DNA of 32,000 nucleotides from an uncultured Actinomycetes bacterium (GTDB lineage: Bacteria > Actinomycetota > Actinomycetes > S36-B12 > CAIYMF01), in the NCBI GenBank assembly GCA_963843975.1, contig CAWJMG010000003.1:2130001-2162000 (forward strand), in the 5' to 3' direction. The notes beneath the pieces were generated by a model. It had not been told where the DNA came from, ran no database searches, and worked only from the letters and a program-made list of their open reading frames with translations. Positions 21,730 through 32,000 of the stretch are shown here, in pieces (position 1 is the stretch's first letter; each line of letters starts with the position of its first letter). A program made the position numbers and the translations under genes.

Positions 21730-21781
21730 CGCTCTGGATGCTGGAGAGGCGCGTATTCGTGCCTCTCCAGCATCCAGAGCG
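21730..21781 (+). terminator. Perfect 21-bp-stem hairpin 7 nt after the acyl-CoA dehydrogenase stop
   Basis: CGCTCTGGATGCTGGAGAGGC gcgtattcgt GCCTCTCCAGCATCCAGAGCG. There is no U tract, and it ends 23 nt before the next start codon. Confidence 0.5.
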
Positions 21782-21804
21782 GGTCCCGGGGCCACACTGA
21801 CGGG

Positions 21805-22215
21805 GTGGACGCCGACGTACGCGCCTTCCTCGACGCGCTCGACCCTGCGCAGCGTGCGCTCGCCGAGCCGCTGCACGCGCTGGTGCTCGAGGCGGCGCCG
21901 TCGCTCCGCGCCTGGCTCAACACCGACCGCTGGCTCGCCGGCTACCTCTTCCACGGCACGGACGCCGCGGGCATGGTCTTCGGCATCGGGCCGACGGCGA
22001 GGAGCTCGGTCACGTTCCACGTGATGCCCTGGTACGGCTCATCTGAGCTGCGGGGCCGGTACGCCGACGATCTCGACCGGTACGTCGCCGGCAAGAGCTG
22101 CCTGCGCTTCCCGGCCGGCACCGCGCTGCCGCTCGACGCCCTGCGCGGCATCGTCGAGGCGACGCCGCGCTACCTCGAGGTAGCCGCGGAGGCACTGGCC
22201 AGGCGTCGCCGCTGA
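21805..22215 (+). CDS. DUF1801 (YdhG-like) domain protein
   Basis: 136 aa: VRAFLDALDPAQRALAEPLHALVLEAAP...KSCLRFPAGTALPLDALRGIVEA, the typical DUF1801 pattern. The GTG start has a weak RBS. Confidence 0.6.
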   Translation: MDADVRAFLDALDPAQRALAEPLHALVLEAAPSLRAWLNTDRWLAGYLFHGTDAAGMVFGIGPTARSSVTFHVMPWYGSSELRGRYADDLDRYVAGKSCLRFPAGTALPLDALRGIVEATPRYLEVAAEALARRRR

Positions 22216-22298
22216 GCGGGCTCGTCGTCCGGGACCCTGACGACCAGGTGCGATGATCGAGGCCCGCCCCCACCGACCGACCGACGAGAGGCTGCCAG

Positions 22299-23300
<1,002 letters not shown>

Positions 23301-23386
23301 CGAACGGATGCGGATTCCGTCGGAGAGCGTCAGGGATCGCATCCGCTGCCCGGCGCCGGCCGGCCAGCCCCCCTCCGGCGGCGGCG

Positions 23387-24303
23387 TCAGGCGCTGGCGA
23401 CGGCCGCGATGCGTTCGATCGCCGCAGGGCCGAGGCCGCAGCAGCCGCCCACGAGCGTCGCGCCCGTGTCGAACCACGAGCGGACGGCGGTGTCGGGCAG
23501 GAGGTCGGTGCCGTCGCCGAGCCAGACCGAGGCCTCGCCGTCCCACACGCGGCCGGCGTTCGGGTAGACGACGACGGGCAGAGCCGGGCTGCGGCTCGGA
23601 TCCGCGCGATCAGTCCACCGAGGTGCTCGGGCTTCGTGCAGTTCACGCCGATCGCCCTGATGCGCGACGTCGAGGCCACGACGGCGACGGCGTCCTCGAT
23701 CGGCTGGCCGGCGCAGGTGGTCGCGTCGTCGGCGCACGAGAACGACAGCCAGGCGGGGACGTCGCATCTCACCTCGTCGAGCGCGGCGACGAGTGCCCAC
23801 GCCTCGTCGACGTCCGGCACGGTCTCGATCGCGAGCAGGTCGGGCCCGGCGTCGATCAGCACCCGCAGCCGCTCGACGTGGAAGTCGACGAGGCGGTCGT
23901 GCGGCACGCCGTACCGGCCGCGGTACTCGCTGCCGTCGTGCAAGGTTGCGCCGTACGGCCCGACGGAGGCGGCGATGAGCATCGGGTGCTCGCCGATCGC
24001 GGCGTCGCGCGCATCGCGCAGCAGCTTCACCGACAGGGCCAGGAGGCGGTCGGCGTCCGCGGCGTCGAGCCCCTGGCGCGCGAAGCCCGAGCGGGAGGCC
24101 TGGTACGACGCCGAGATGCCTACGGTCGCGCCGGACTCGTAGTAGGTGCGGTGCACGTCGCGGATGGCGTCCGGGTCGTCGCGCAGCAGCCGCGCCGACC
24201 ACAGCATCCCCGTGAGGTCGTGCCCCCGCGCCTCCAGCTCGGAGGCGAGGCCGCCGTCGATGGCGGCCGGGCCGGCGGCGAGGAGGTCGTCGAACGCGGT
24301 CAT
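23387..24303 (-). pseudogene. mmuM: Homocysteine S-methyltransferase, with a -1 frame disruption near 23583-23600
   Basis: The N-terminal 240 codons (MTAFDDLL...IDGGLASELE...AIGVNCTKPEHLGGLIARIRAA) lie in one frame. The conserved C-terminus (LPVVVYPNAGRVWDG...TLVGGCCGLGPAAIERI) is in another frame, ending at 23387. The span of 917 nt is 3n+2, and the switch lies at a short C/G run (23584-23588). Confidence 0.8.
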
Positions 24304-24372
24304 GCGAGAACGCTATCCCGGGGTTCGGATCCGGAGTCGCGCCGATGGCGGGGCAGCCTCACGGTGCGCTGG

Positions 24373-24639
24373 TCAGCTGATCTCGGGGCGCAGGGTCTGC
24401 AGGTGCTGCGCGCGGGCGCGGACGAAGAGGTCCTCGGGCGGTCCCTCCTCGAACACCGGCGCCACGTCCCACCGGGTCAGCAGGACGACGGACTCGGGGG
24501 TTCCCTCGTGCACGAGGATCTCGGCCGCCATGCAGCCCGCGGTGAACAGCGCGCGCTTCACGAGGTCGTGGCGCACCCACTCGACGGCCGCGTCGTACTG
24601 GCCCGGGACGACCGTGGCCTCCCACATGCGGACGATCAT
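24373..24639 (-). CDS. Small cytoplasmic protein, ABM/Dabb (ferredoxin-fold monooxygenase-like), tentative
   Basis: 88 aa from ATG 24639, with GGAGG 7 nt upstream. MIVRMWEATVVPGQ...AAEILVHEGTPESVVLLTRWD is a beta-alpha-beta-like pattern. The functional call is weak. Confidence 0.5.
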   Translation of the reverse strand: MIVRMWEATVVPGQYDAAVEWVRHDLVKRALFTAGCMAAEILVHEGTPESVVLLTRWDVAPVFEEGPPEDLFVRARAQHLQTLRPEIS

Positions 24640-24701
24640 CGACACGCCTCCTCGACACAGCTGCTGCCGGACAACGCTCGCCGGCGACGACCACGTGCGG
24701 C

Positions 24702-25757
24702 CTACGCCGGTGCCGTGCTCACCTGCGTGACCGGCATCGACGAGTCTGCCGGGAGGTCGAACCGGCCCGGCGACCGCCCCCTCCTCACCATCTCCGAACC
24801 GAGTGCGGCGACCATCGCGCCGTTGTCGGTGCAGAGCGCGGGGCGCGGCACGCGCAGCGTCACACCGGCTGCGGCGCAGCGCTCCTCGGCCAGCGCCCGC
24901 AGCCGCGAGTTGGCGGCGACTCCCCCGCCGAGCACGAGGTGCTCGACGCCGTTCTCGGTGCAGGCCAGCAGCGCCTTGCGGGTGAGGACGTCGACGACCG
25001 CCTCCTGGAAGGACGCCGCGACATCGGCCACGGGCACGGGCTCGCCGCTCGCCTCGCGCGCCTCGACCCACCGGGCGACCGCTGTCTTCAGGCCGCTGAA
25101 GGAGAAGTCGAATCGGTGCCGCTCCATGTCGCGGCCGGAGGTGAGCCCGCGCGGGAAGTCGATGACGATCGAGCCCTCGGCGGCCGCGCGGTCGATGTAC
25201 GGACCGCCGGGGAACGGCAGGCCGAGCACGCGGGCGACCTTGTCGAACGCCTCGCCTGCCGCGTCGTCGATGGTCGCCCCGAGCGGCCGTACGTCGCCCG
25301 TCACGTCCGGCACGAGCAGCAGCGACGAGTGGCCGCCGGACACCAGCAGCGCCATGGTCGGCTCGGGCAGGAGCCCGTGCTGCAGCTGGTCGACGCAGAC
25401 GTGCGCGGCGAGGTGGTTGAGGCCGTAGATCGGCTTGCCCAGCGACAGCGCGAGCGCCTTCGCCGCAGCCACGCCGACGAGCAGCGCCCCGGCGAGCCCC
25501 GGGCCCGCGGTGACGGCGAAAGCATCGACGTCGGACAGCGCGATCCCTGCGTCGTCGCATGCGCGGCGGATCGTGGGCACCATCGCCTCGAGGTGCGCGC
25601 GGCTGGCGACCTCGGGCACCACGCCGCCGAACCGCGCATGCTCCTGGACGCTGCTCGCCACCGCGTCCGCCAGCAGTGTGGTGCCGCGCACGATGCCGAC
25701 ACCGGTCTCGTCGCACGAGGTCTCGATGCCGAGGACGAGAGGCTCGTCGCGCGTCAC
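24702..25757 (-). CDS. tsaD: tRNA N6-adenosine threonylcarbamoyltransferase TsaD
   Basis: 351 aa: [17 protein letters not shown]...VASRAHLE...LVSGGHS...[12 protein letters not shown]. The GTG start overlaps the rimI stop (GTGA). Confidence 0.95.
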   Translation of the reverse strand: MTRDEPLVLGIETSCDETGVGIVRGTTLLADAVASSVQEHARFGGVVPEVASRAHLEAMVPTIRRACDDAGIALSDVDAFAVTAGPGLAGALLVGVAAAKALALSLGKPIYGLNHLAAHVCVDQLQHGLLPEPTMALLVSGGHSSLLLVPDVTGDVRPLGATIDDAAGEAFDKVARVLGLPFPGGPYIDRAAAEGSIVIDFPRGLTSGRDMERHRFDFSFSGLKTAVARWVEAREASGEPVPVADVAASFQEAVVDVLTRKALLACTENGVEHLVLGGGVAANSRLRALAEERCAAAGVTLRVPRPALCTDNGAMVAALGSEMVRRGRSPGRFDLPADSSMPVTQVSTAPA

Positions 25758-26215
25758 GCCGGCATCTCTTCGTCTCGGAACCGCTTGCGCATCACGAGGG
25801 CGTCGGCACCCTGGCCGTAGTAGTCGCGGCGGCGTCCCTGGCGCTCGAAGCCGGACTTCTCGTAGAGCGAGATCGCCGCCTCGTTCGTGTCGAGCACCTC
25901 GAGGAACACCTGGGTGCACCCGCGGCGGCGTGCCTCGGCGAGCAGCCCGTCGAGCAGCGCGCGTCCGAGGCCGCGTCCCTGCGAGCGGGGCGCCACCGCG
26001 ATGGTCTGCACGTCGGCCTCCGGCGGGACGGCCGCGAGGCACACATAGCCGTCGATGCCCGCGTCGTCCTCGTGGACGACGAACCAGCGCGACTCCGGCA
26101 CGTGCGCGAGCTCGCCCCAGAACTGCTCCTCGCTCCACGGCGCGTGCTCGAACAGCTCGCGCTCGAGCGCCGCCGCGGCCTCGACGTCCCACCAGCGCAT
26201 CGCCCGCATGCTCAC
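25754..26215 (-). CDS. rimI: Ribosomal-protein-alanine N-acetyltransferase
   Basis: 153 aa GNAT: [29 protein letters not shown]...ISLYEKSGF. Position between tsaB and tsaD. The GTG start overlaps the tsaB stop. Confidence 0.88.
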   Translation of the reverse strand: MSMRAMRWWDVEAAAALERELFEHAPWSEEQFWGELAHVPESRWFVVHEDDAGIDGYVCLAAVPPEADVQTIAVAPRSQGRGLGRALLDGLLAEARRRGCTQVFLEVLDTNEAAISLYEKSGFERQGRRRDYYGQGADALVMRKRFRDEEMPA

Positions 26216-26880
26216 GGCTGCGTCACCCGCTTGCGGCCGGCGTTCTCCACCGCGTCCGGACGTCGCAGGTACAGCGGCTCGGGCTCGAGCAGCGGGGTGC
26301 CGATCTCGATGCGGCCGGCGACGAGCTCGGCCATCGCGGCGCCGTCGAGCTCGCGCGGCTCGCGGGCGTCGACGAACACGTCGGGGTAGAGCCAGGCGCC
26401 CGGGCCCACGACCGGGCCGGCGGCGACGGACGTCGCCACATCGGCGGGCTTCACGACGACGGCGTCGGACGCCGGACGACCGCCGCGCGAGTAGGTGCGG
26501 AGGTAGACCTCCTTGCGCCGCGCATCGGTCGCGACCGCGAAGTCGCCGAGGGTGAAGCCCGACTCGGCCGCCGCCTGGAACGCGAGGACGTCGAGCGAGC
26601 AGATGCCGTGCACCGGGATCCCCAGCGCCTCGCCCATCACGCGTGCGGTCACGATGCCGACGCGCAGCCCGGTGAAGGGTCCTGGCCCGACGCCCGCGCA
26701 GACGTGCGTGAGGTCGCCCGGTCTCGCACCTGCTTCGGCGAGCGCGCGCTCCATGACCGGAGCGAGCAGCTCACCGTGCGACTGAGCGCCGTGCTCGGTC
26801 GCGTGGCCGACCACCGAGTCGCCGTCGTGCAGCGCTGCGGTGATCACAGCGGACGACGTGTCCATCACGAGCAGCAGCAT
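26212..26880 (-). CDS. tsaB: tRNA threonylcarbamoyladenosine biosynthesis protein TsaB
   Basis: 222 aa: [17 protein letters not shown]...[29 protein letters not shown]. Confidence 0.9.
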   Translation of the reverse strand: MLLLVMDTSSAVITAALHDGDSVVGHATEHGAQSHGELLAPVMERALAEAGARPGDLTHVCAGVGPGPFTGLRVGIVTARVMGEALGIPVHGICSLDVLAFQAAAESGFTLGDFAVATDARRKEVYLRTYSRGGRPASDAVVVKPADVATSVAAGPVVGPGAWLYPDVFVDAREPRELDGAAMAELVAGRIEIGTPLLEPEPLYLRRPDAVENAGRKRVTQP

Positions 26881-27386
26881 CAGGCGACCGCCGTCGCGAG
26901 GGCGTCCAGGTCGACGACGTCCCAGCGGGATCCGACGCTCGACACCGTGACCGTGCGCGGCTCGTCGACGTCGGACCCGCTCGCGGCGATGTCACCTCCG
27001 ACCGGGCGGTCGAGGTGGACGAGGAGGCGGTGCTCGGCCAGGCCCTCGACCTTGCCCTCGCCCCACTCGACCACGGTGACCGAGTCCTCGAGCGACGCGT
27101 CGAGGTCGAGGTCGTCCAACTCGTCGAGCGACGAGAGGCGGTAGGCGTCCACGTGGACCAGCGCCGGGCCGTCGATGGTCGAGGGGTGCACGCGCGCGAT
27201 GACGAAGGTCGGCGACGTGACGTCGCCGCGCACGCCGAGTCCGCGACCGATCCCCTGCGTGAGCGTCGTCTTGCCGGCACCGAGCCCGCCGGACAGGACG
27301 ACGAGGTCGCCGGCGCGCAGCAGGGAGGCCAGGCGCGATCCGAGGCGGTGCATGGCGTCGCGGTCGGGGACGACCAGCGAGGTCAC
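26880..27386 (-). CDS. tsaE: tRNA threonylcarbamoyladenosine biosynthesis ATPase TsaE
   Basis: 168 aa with the P-loop LSGGLGAGKTTLTQG followed by SPTF and HVDAYRL. The GTG start overlaps the upstream stop. Confidence 0.9.
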   Translation of the reverse strand: MTSLVVPDRDAMHRLGSRLASLLRAGDLVVLSGGLGAGKTTLTQGIGRGLGVRGDVTSPTFVIARVHPSTIDGPALVHVDAYRLSSLDELDDLDLDASLEDSVTVVEWGEGKVEGLAEHRLLVHLDRPVGGDIAASGSDVDEPRTVTVSSVGSRWDVVDLDALATAVA

Positions 27387-28498
27387 GCGGACTCCTCCGT
27401 GGTGGCTAGCCCCGCTCGCACGCGACCGACGAGCTCGCGCAGGTGCTGGTTGACCTCGGGGTACTTCTCCAGCATCACCATGTGGCCGCTGTCGGGGATG
27501 AGCACCATCTCTGCGCCCGGGACGTGACGCACGATCTCGCTGCTGTGCGCGCTGGGCGTGAGGAGGTCGGCGTCCCCGACGAGCACCAGGGTGTCGACGC
27601 GTCCGATGGCGTCGAGCGCCGTCTTCTTGTCGTGCGTCTCGAGTGTGGGCAGGAACTCCGCGACGACGTCGATCGGCGTCGCCGACAACATGCGGTGCAC
27701 GAACTGCGTGAGCGACGGCGAGACGTTCGAGCCGAACGAGTAGACCTTGGTCAGCAGGTACGCGATGTCGCTGCCGGCCCGACGCCCGCGCTCGACGAGG
27801 TCCTTGCGCCGCGCGAGCACGCCTGCGACCGAGGGCGCGATGTTGTGGAACGCCTTGGCGAGCGGCGCGGGAAGCCCGAGCGGCACCTCGGCGAGACCGC
27901 CGCTGCTGGTGGCGATGAGGGCGACGCCGCGCACACGGTCGCCGAACACCTCGGGGTGGTGGGCGGCGTAGGACATCACCGTCATCCCGCCCATCGAGTG
28001 GCCGACGAGCACGATCGGTCCGGTCGGCGCGGTGGCTGCGATCACCGACTCGAGGTCGCGGCCGAGCTGGTCGATGGTGGCGCTCTCGGCGGTGCCGCGG
28101 CCGCTGCGGCCGTGGCTGCGCTGGTCCCAGAAGACGAGCGTGCCGAGCGCGCGCAGGTCGCGTCGCTGGTAGTGCCAGGAGTCCTGCTCCAGCGCGTAGC
28201 CGTGGCTGAAGATGATGGTGAGACCGTCGCCCACGCGGTCGGCGAGCGACCCCTCGGGCGGCGACTCGATCTCGACGTGCAGCGACGTGCCGTCGGTGGC
28301 GATCACGGGCACGACCGTGCCGCGCAGCCCGCCGAACTGCTCGTCGCGCTCGGAGTCCGGGCGCAGGGCACGGCGTACGAGCATCCGCTCGGCGGCGACG
28401 CCGACGGCCGCACCCACGGCCGCAGCGGCACCCAGCGCGCCGACGACCCCGGCGACCCGGCCCGGCGTCAGGTCGCGCAGCGGATCGGTGCTGCTCAC
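27383..28498 (-). CDS. Alpha/beta hydrolase with an N-terminal membrane anchor
   Basis: 371 aa from GTG 28498 (GTGA overlap with alr). The N-terminal hydrophobic segment is VAGVVGALGAAAAVGAAVGVAA, the nucleophile elbow is GHSMGG, and the C-terminal His context is DSGHMVMLE. Confidence 0.88.
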   Translation of the reverse strand: MSSTDPLRDLTPGRVAGVVGALGAAAAVGAAVGVAAERMLVRRALRPDSERDEQFGGLRGTVVPVIATDGTSLHVEIESPPEGSLADRVGDGLTIIFSHGYALEQDSWHYQRRDLRALGTLVFWDQRSHGRSGRGTAESATIDQLGRDLESVIAATAPTGPIVLVGHSMGGMTVMSYAAHHPEVFGDRVRGVALIATSSGGLAEVPLGLPAPLAKAFHNIAPSVAGVLARRKDLVERGRRAGSDIAYLLTKVYSFGSNVSPSLTQFVHRMLSATPIDVVAEFLPTLETHDKKTALDAIGRVDTLVLVGDADLLTPSAHSSEIVRHVPGAEMVLIPDSGHMVMLEKYPEVNQHLRELVGRVRAGLATTEESA

Positions 28499-29688
28499 GG
28501 GTGGCTCACCCCCAGGTGCTCGCGCGGCACACGCGGTCCGATCCGCGTGACGATCTCGTACCCGATGGTGCCGCAGACAGCGCCCCAGACGTCGGCCGAG
28601 GGGCCTTCCGAGCCGAAGATCACCACCTCGTCGCCGACCACCGCCGCGTCGTCCCCGAGGTCGACGACGACCTGGTCCATGCAGACGCGTCCGGCCACGG
28701 TCCGCTCGGCTCCGGCGGCGAGCAGCGGCCCGGCGTTCGACGCGTTGCGCGGGATGCCGTCGGCGTAGCCGAGGGGGACGACGCCGAGCGTGGTCTCGTG
28801 CGCCGTCGTGTAGTGGTGTCCGTACGAGACGCCCGACCCGGACGGGACGCGCTTCACCGACGCGAACCGGGCTCGGAGGGACATCACGGGGCGCAGGCCG
28901 AGCTCGGCGCCGCTGCCGATCGCGTCGCCCGGGGAGAGGCCGTACATCGCGATGCCGATGCGGACGAGGTCGTAACGCGCTGCAGGGACGGCGAGCGCCG
29001 CGGCGGAGTTGGCCGCGTGCCGCACCTCCGGACGCAGGCCCGCCACCTCGGCGAGCTCGAGGGCCTGCTCGAACTGGTCGAGCTGGCGGCCGATGCTGGG
29101 GTGGGCCGGCTCGTCGGCGCAGGCGAAGTGGGTCCAGATGCCGGTGACGACGACCGATCCGTCGAGCTCGGCCTGACGCGCCGCGGCCACGAGCGCGGGC
29201 CAGTCGGCGATCGTCGAGCCGTTGCGCGAGAGGCCGCTGTCGAGCTTGAGCTGCACGCGCGCCGTGACGCCCAGCCGTTTCGCCGCCACCTGCACGGCCT
29301 CGAGCGCCCAGGGCGCGGACACCGTGACGTCGATGTCGCGCTCGACGCACTCGTCGAACGGCGACCCCGGCACCTCGAGCCAGGTGAGGACGCGGCCCGT
29401 GACGCCGGCGTCGCGCAGCCGCACCGCCTCGCTCGGCAGGGCGACACCGAGCCACGTCGCTCCGGCCTCCTGCGCGGCCCGCGCGCACTCGACCAGCCCG
29501 TGGCCGTACGCGTCGGCCTTCACGACGGCCATCACGTCGGTGCCGACGTGCTCGCGCACGACCGCGACGTTGTGGCGCAGCGCATCGAGGTCGACGGTGG
29601 CCACGGCACCGCGCGCGAGGGCGCGCGGGGTCCATCCGGCCTGCTGGTCGACGCTCACCCCCACAGTCTCCCCCACGCCCGTGCTCAC
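28495..29688 (-). CDS. alr: Alanine racemase
   Basis: PLP-Lys motif AVVKADAYGHG, with MYGLSP and VSYGHHY. The start is uncertain: GTG 29688 (397 aa), or GTG 29658 preceded by GGGGAG. Confidence 0.93.
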   Translation of the reverse strand: MSTGVGETVGVSVDQQAGWTPRALARGAVATVDLDALRHNVAVVREHVGTDVMAVVKADAYGHGLVECARAAQEAGATWLGVALPSEAVRLRDAGVTGRVLTWLEVPGSPFDECVERDIDVTVSAPWALEAVQVAAKRLGVTARVQLKLDSGLSRNGSTIADWPALVAAARQAELDGSVVVTGIWTHFACADEPAHPSIGRQLDQFEQALELAEVAGLRPEVRHAANSAAALAVPAARYDLVRIGIAMYGLSPGDAIGSGAELGLRPVMSLRARFASVKRVPSGSGVSYGHHYTTAHETTLGVVPLGYADGIPRNASNAGPLLAAGAERTVAGRVCMDQVVVDLGDDAAVVGDEVVIFGSEGPSADVWGAVCGTIGYEIVTRIGPRVPREHLGVSHP

Positions 29689-29753
29689 GCCGGGCAGGCG
29701 GGGTGCCGAGGGCGGTGGTGCAGCCCGCGGGTCGACGAACGGTGCCGCCCGTG

Positions 29754-31298
29754 TCAGGCGTCGGCGACGGTCGAGCGGCGGATGCGTGCGATGGCCTCAG
29801 GCAGCGCAGCGGCGACGTCGAGCGCGGTGACCGTGCGGCCGCCCGCGGCGGCGACGGCGCCCGCCACGCCGTGCACGTGCGCCGCGACGGCCGCGATGCG
29901 CGCTGCCGCCGCGTGGTCGAGCGGCGCCACGGCCTGGTGGTGGGCGAGCAGCGAGCCGAGCAGCCCGGCGAGGACGTCCCCCGAGCCGGCTGTGGCCAGC
30001 TCGGCCGGTGCGGCGACGGCGACGTACGTCTCGCCAGTGGGTGCGGCGACGACGGTGGCCGAGCCCTTCAGCAGCACGACGGCACCCAGCGACTTCGCGA
30101 GGCTGCGGGCGGCCGCGGCACGGTGGGTGCCGACCGGACCCCCGAGCCGGGCGTACTCGCCCGCGTGCGGGGTGAGCACCGTGACGCCGGAGCGCGCGGT
30201 GACCGCTGCCCGGGCCTCGGCGTCGTCGGCCATGAGCGTCAGGGCATCGGCGTCCAGGACGAGCGGCACGTCGAGGCCGACGGCGTCGAGCACGGCGAGC
30301 CGGGCGTCCTCGTCGACGCCGCGACCCGAGCCGACGACCCAGCACTGGGTGCGACCGGCGTTGCCGATGCGGCCGACTCGTCCGACGACGTCGGGCCAGC
30401 GTGCGACCACCTGCTCGTGGGCATGACCGACGTACCGGACGTAGCCGGCGATGCCGTGCCGCGCACCGGCCGTGGCGAGCACCGCGGCACCCGGGTAGAC
30501 CTCCGAGCCGGCGCTGACGCCGACGACGCCGCGGGTGTACTTGTCGTCGCCGCTCACCGGGTGGGTCAGGAGCGACGCCGCTGAGTCGTCGTCGACGAGC
30601 TCGATCAGGTCGTGCGCGTCGAGGCCGCCGAGGTCGAGCCCGATGTCGACGACCGCGAGCTCGCCGGTCAGCAGGGCGCCGGCTCCGAGCAGCAGCCCAG
30701 GCTTGAGACAGCCGAACGCGACCGTGCGGTCCGCGCGGATCACGGCGTCATCGTCGGCGACCGCCCCGGTGTCGGCGTCGACGCCGCTCGGAAGGTCGAC
30801 GGCGAGCACCGCGACGTCGGTCTCGCGGGCCACGAGGGCGAGCCACGCGGCCGGCTCGCGCAGGGCACCGCGGCCGCCGATGCCGAGGATGCCGTCGACG
30901 ACAAGGTCCGCCGACGCGACGAGCTCGGCCGCGGCGACGTCGCCGAGCACCGCAGTGCGCACCCGCCCGCCCGCGCGACGCAGGGCTGCCGCCCCCTCGT
31001 CGTGGTGGCGGTCGGCGACGAGCAGCGCGTCGACGCGGGCGCCGCGACCGGCGAGGCGCGCCCCGGCGTACAGCGCGTCACCGCCGTTGTCGCCGGCGCC
31101 GATCAGGAGGACCACGCGCGATCCGCTGACGCGGCCGGTGATCTCGCGCAGCGTCGCCCCTGCCACGACTGCGAGGGCCGCGGCCGCGCGCTGCATGAGC
31201 GTGCCGTCCGGCAGCTGCGCCATCGCGGCCGCCTCGACGCGACGGACCGCCTCGACCGAGAGCGCGGCCGTGGCGGGCCGGAGCCCGTGCCCGGTCAC
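29754..31298 (-). CDS. nnr: Bifunctional NAD(P)H-hydrate epimerase / ADP-dependent NAD(P)H-hydrate dehydratase
   Basis: 514 aa from GTG 31298 (GTGA overlap with acpS). The YjeF_N part has [14 protein letters not shown], and the C-terminal carbohydrate-kinase part has LLKGSATVV...[16 protein letters not shown]. Confidence 0.9.
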   Translation of the reverse strand: MTGHGLRPATAALSVEAVRRVEAAAMAQLPDGTLMQRAAAALAVVAGATLREITGRVSGSRVVLLIGAGDNGGDALYAGARLAGRGARVDALLVADRHHDEGAAALRRAGGRVRTAVLGDVAAAELVASADLVVDGILGIGGRGALREPAAWLALVARETDVAVLAVDLPSGVDADTGAVADDDAVIRADRTVAFGCLKPGLLLGAGALLTGELAVVDIGLDLGGLDAHDLIELVDDDSAASLLTHPVSGDDKYTRGVVGVSAGSEVYPGAAVLATAGARHGIAGYVRYVGHAHEQVVARWPDVVGRVGRIGNAGRTQCWVVGSGRGVDEDARLAVLDAVGLDVPLVLDADALTLMADDAEARAAVTARSGVTVLTPHAGEYARLGGPVGTHRAAAARSLAKSLGAVVLLKGSATVVAAPTGETYVAVAAPAELATAGSGDVLAGLLGSLLAHHQAVAPLDHAAAARIAAVAAHVHGVAGAVAAAGGRTVTALDVAAALPEAIARIRRSTVADA

Positions 31299-31666
31299 GA
31301 TGCCTCCGCGACCACGTAGGCGATCGCGACGTCGCCGTCGTGGGAGAGCGAGAGGTGCCACCGCTCGATGCCCTGCGCCTCTGCAGCCGCCTGGACCGTG
31401 CCGCGCAGCTGGAGCCAGGGGCGGCCGTCGGAGTCGCCGGTCACCTGGCAGTCGTGCCAGTGCATACCGGTCGGTGCCCCGAGCGCCTTGGCCACGGCCT
31501 CCTTGGCGGCGAACCGCGCGGCGAGAGAGGTGGGAGTGCGCGGGTGCCCGAGATCGGTGGTCCGCTCCTCGGGCGTGAAGAGCCGGTCGACCATGCCGGG
31601 AGTGCGCGCGAGCGTGGCCTCGAACCGCGGCACGTCCACGACGTCGATCCCGATCCCGATGATCAC
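31295..31666 (-). CDS. acpS: Holo-[acyl-carrier-protein] synthase
   Basis: 123 aa from GTG 31666: (M)[14 protein letters not shown]...[12 protein letters not shown]...[17 protein letters not shown]. The longer track ORF N-terminus is not homologous. Confidence 0.88.
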   Translation of the reverse strand: MIIGIGIDVVDVPRFEATLARTPGMVDRLFTPEERTTDLGHPRTPTSLAARFAAKEAVAKALGAPTGMHWHDCQVTGDSDGRPWLQLRGTVQAAAEAQGIERWHLSLSHDGDVAIAYVVAEAS

Positions 31667-31703
31667 GCCGCCAGCCTGCCACCTCGCGGGTGAGGATGTG
31701 GTC

Positions 31704-32000
31704 ATGCACGGCACCCGCGAAGCACCGCCGACGCTCGTCACGTCGCTGGTCAGGCTGCGGCCGGTCGAGGCAGGCGACGAGGCCACGTTGCGCGCGATCC
31801 TGGCCGCACCTTCGGTGTCGCAGTGGTGGCACCCGCCGGACGACGACTTCCCGTTCGACCACGAGGCGGGCACGGTGCGCTGGGCGGTGGAGCTGCTGGG
31901 GCCACCGGGCCCCGGCCCAGCCGGCGCGGTGGTGGGGATGGTGCAGGCGTACGAGGGCGACGACCCCGACTACGACGAGAGCGGCATCGACATCTTCCTC
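31704..32000 (+). CDS. GNAT-family N-acetyltransferase, 5' partial (runs off the window end)
   Basis: My own translation; not in the track because there is no stop in the window. ATG 31704 has GAGGA 7 nt upstream: [54 protein letters not shown]...[23 protein letters not shown], resembling Acetyltransf_8-type GNATs. Confidence 0.55.
   Translation, partial: MHGTREAPPTLVTSLVRLRPVEAGDEATLRAILAAPSVSQWWHPPDDDFPFDHEAGTVRWAVELLGPPGPGPAGAVVGMVQAYEGDDPDYDESGIDIFL

Noticed and set aside
24322-24332. GGTTCGGATCC resembling a tRNA T-loop (GGTTCGAATCC)
   Set aside because: The flanking bases cannot form a 5-bp T stem, there is no acceptor, D or anticodon arm pairing, and the whole intergenic space is only 69 nt.

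Overview
This is a very GC-rich (by eye >70%, not computed) chromosomal segment with the gene order typical of Actinomycetota. In + coordinate order: a GT39-like membrane protein (partial) and guaA; a DUF4190 membrane protein; a two-gene heterodimeric ABC exporter; a DHFR-like protein; a GMC oxidoreductase translationally coupled to an aldehyde dehydrogenase; guaB3-guaB; a BldM-like orphan response regulator, a TPR-like protein and a CarH/LitR-like MerR+B12 regulator, divergent from whiB3/whiD; groEL1-groES with dual CIRCE; a ~5.5 kb block of accessory metabolic genes (THUMP-like SAM methyltransferase, acyl-CoA dehydrogenase, DUF1801, LLM oxidoreductase, mmuM, ABM-like); tsaD-rimI-tsaB-tsaE-alpha/beta hydrolase-alr-nnr-acpS; and the start of a GNAT gene. 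I found no rRNA, tRNA, CRISPR, transposase/integrase, prophage or recognisable defence genes, so most of the window is ordinary core genome and I cannot point to a clear-cut novel system. The best candidate is the regulatory node at 13.2-16.8 kb, where a CarH/LitR-type putative B12 photoreceptor-regulator sits beside whiB3/whiD and a BldM-like regulator. Other points worth a second look: (1) three independent single-nucleotide frame disruptions, in the second ABC subunit, mmuM and the GT39-like gene; (2) an ABC pair with one completely ablated ATP site; (3) unusually long perfect hairpins directly after two stop codons; (4) candidate operators upstream of whiB3, the aldehyde dehydrogenase operon and the acyl-CoA dehydrogenase. 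The many long Arg/Ala/Gly-rich ORFs in the six-frame track are read-through or antisense artefacts of high GC.
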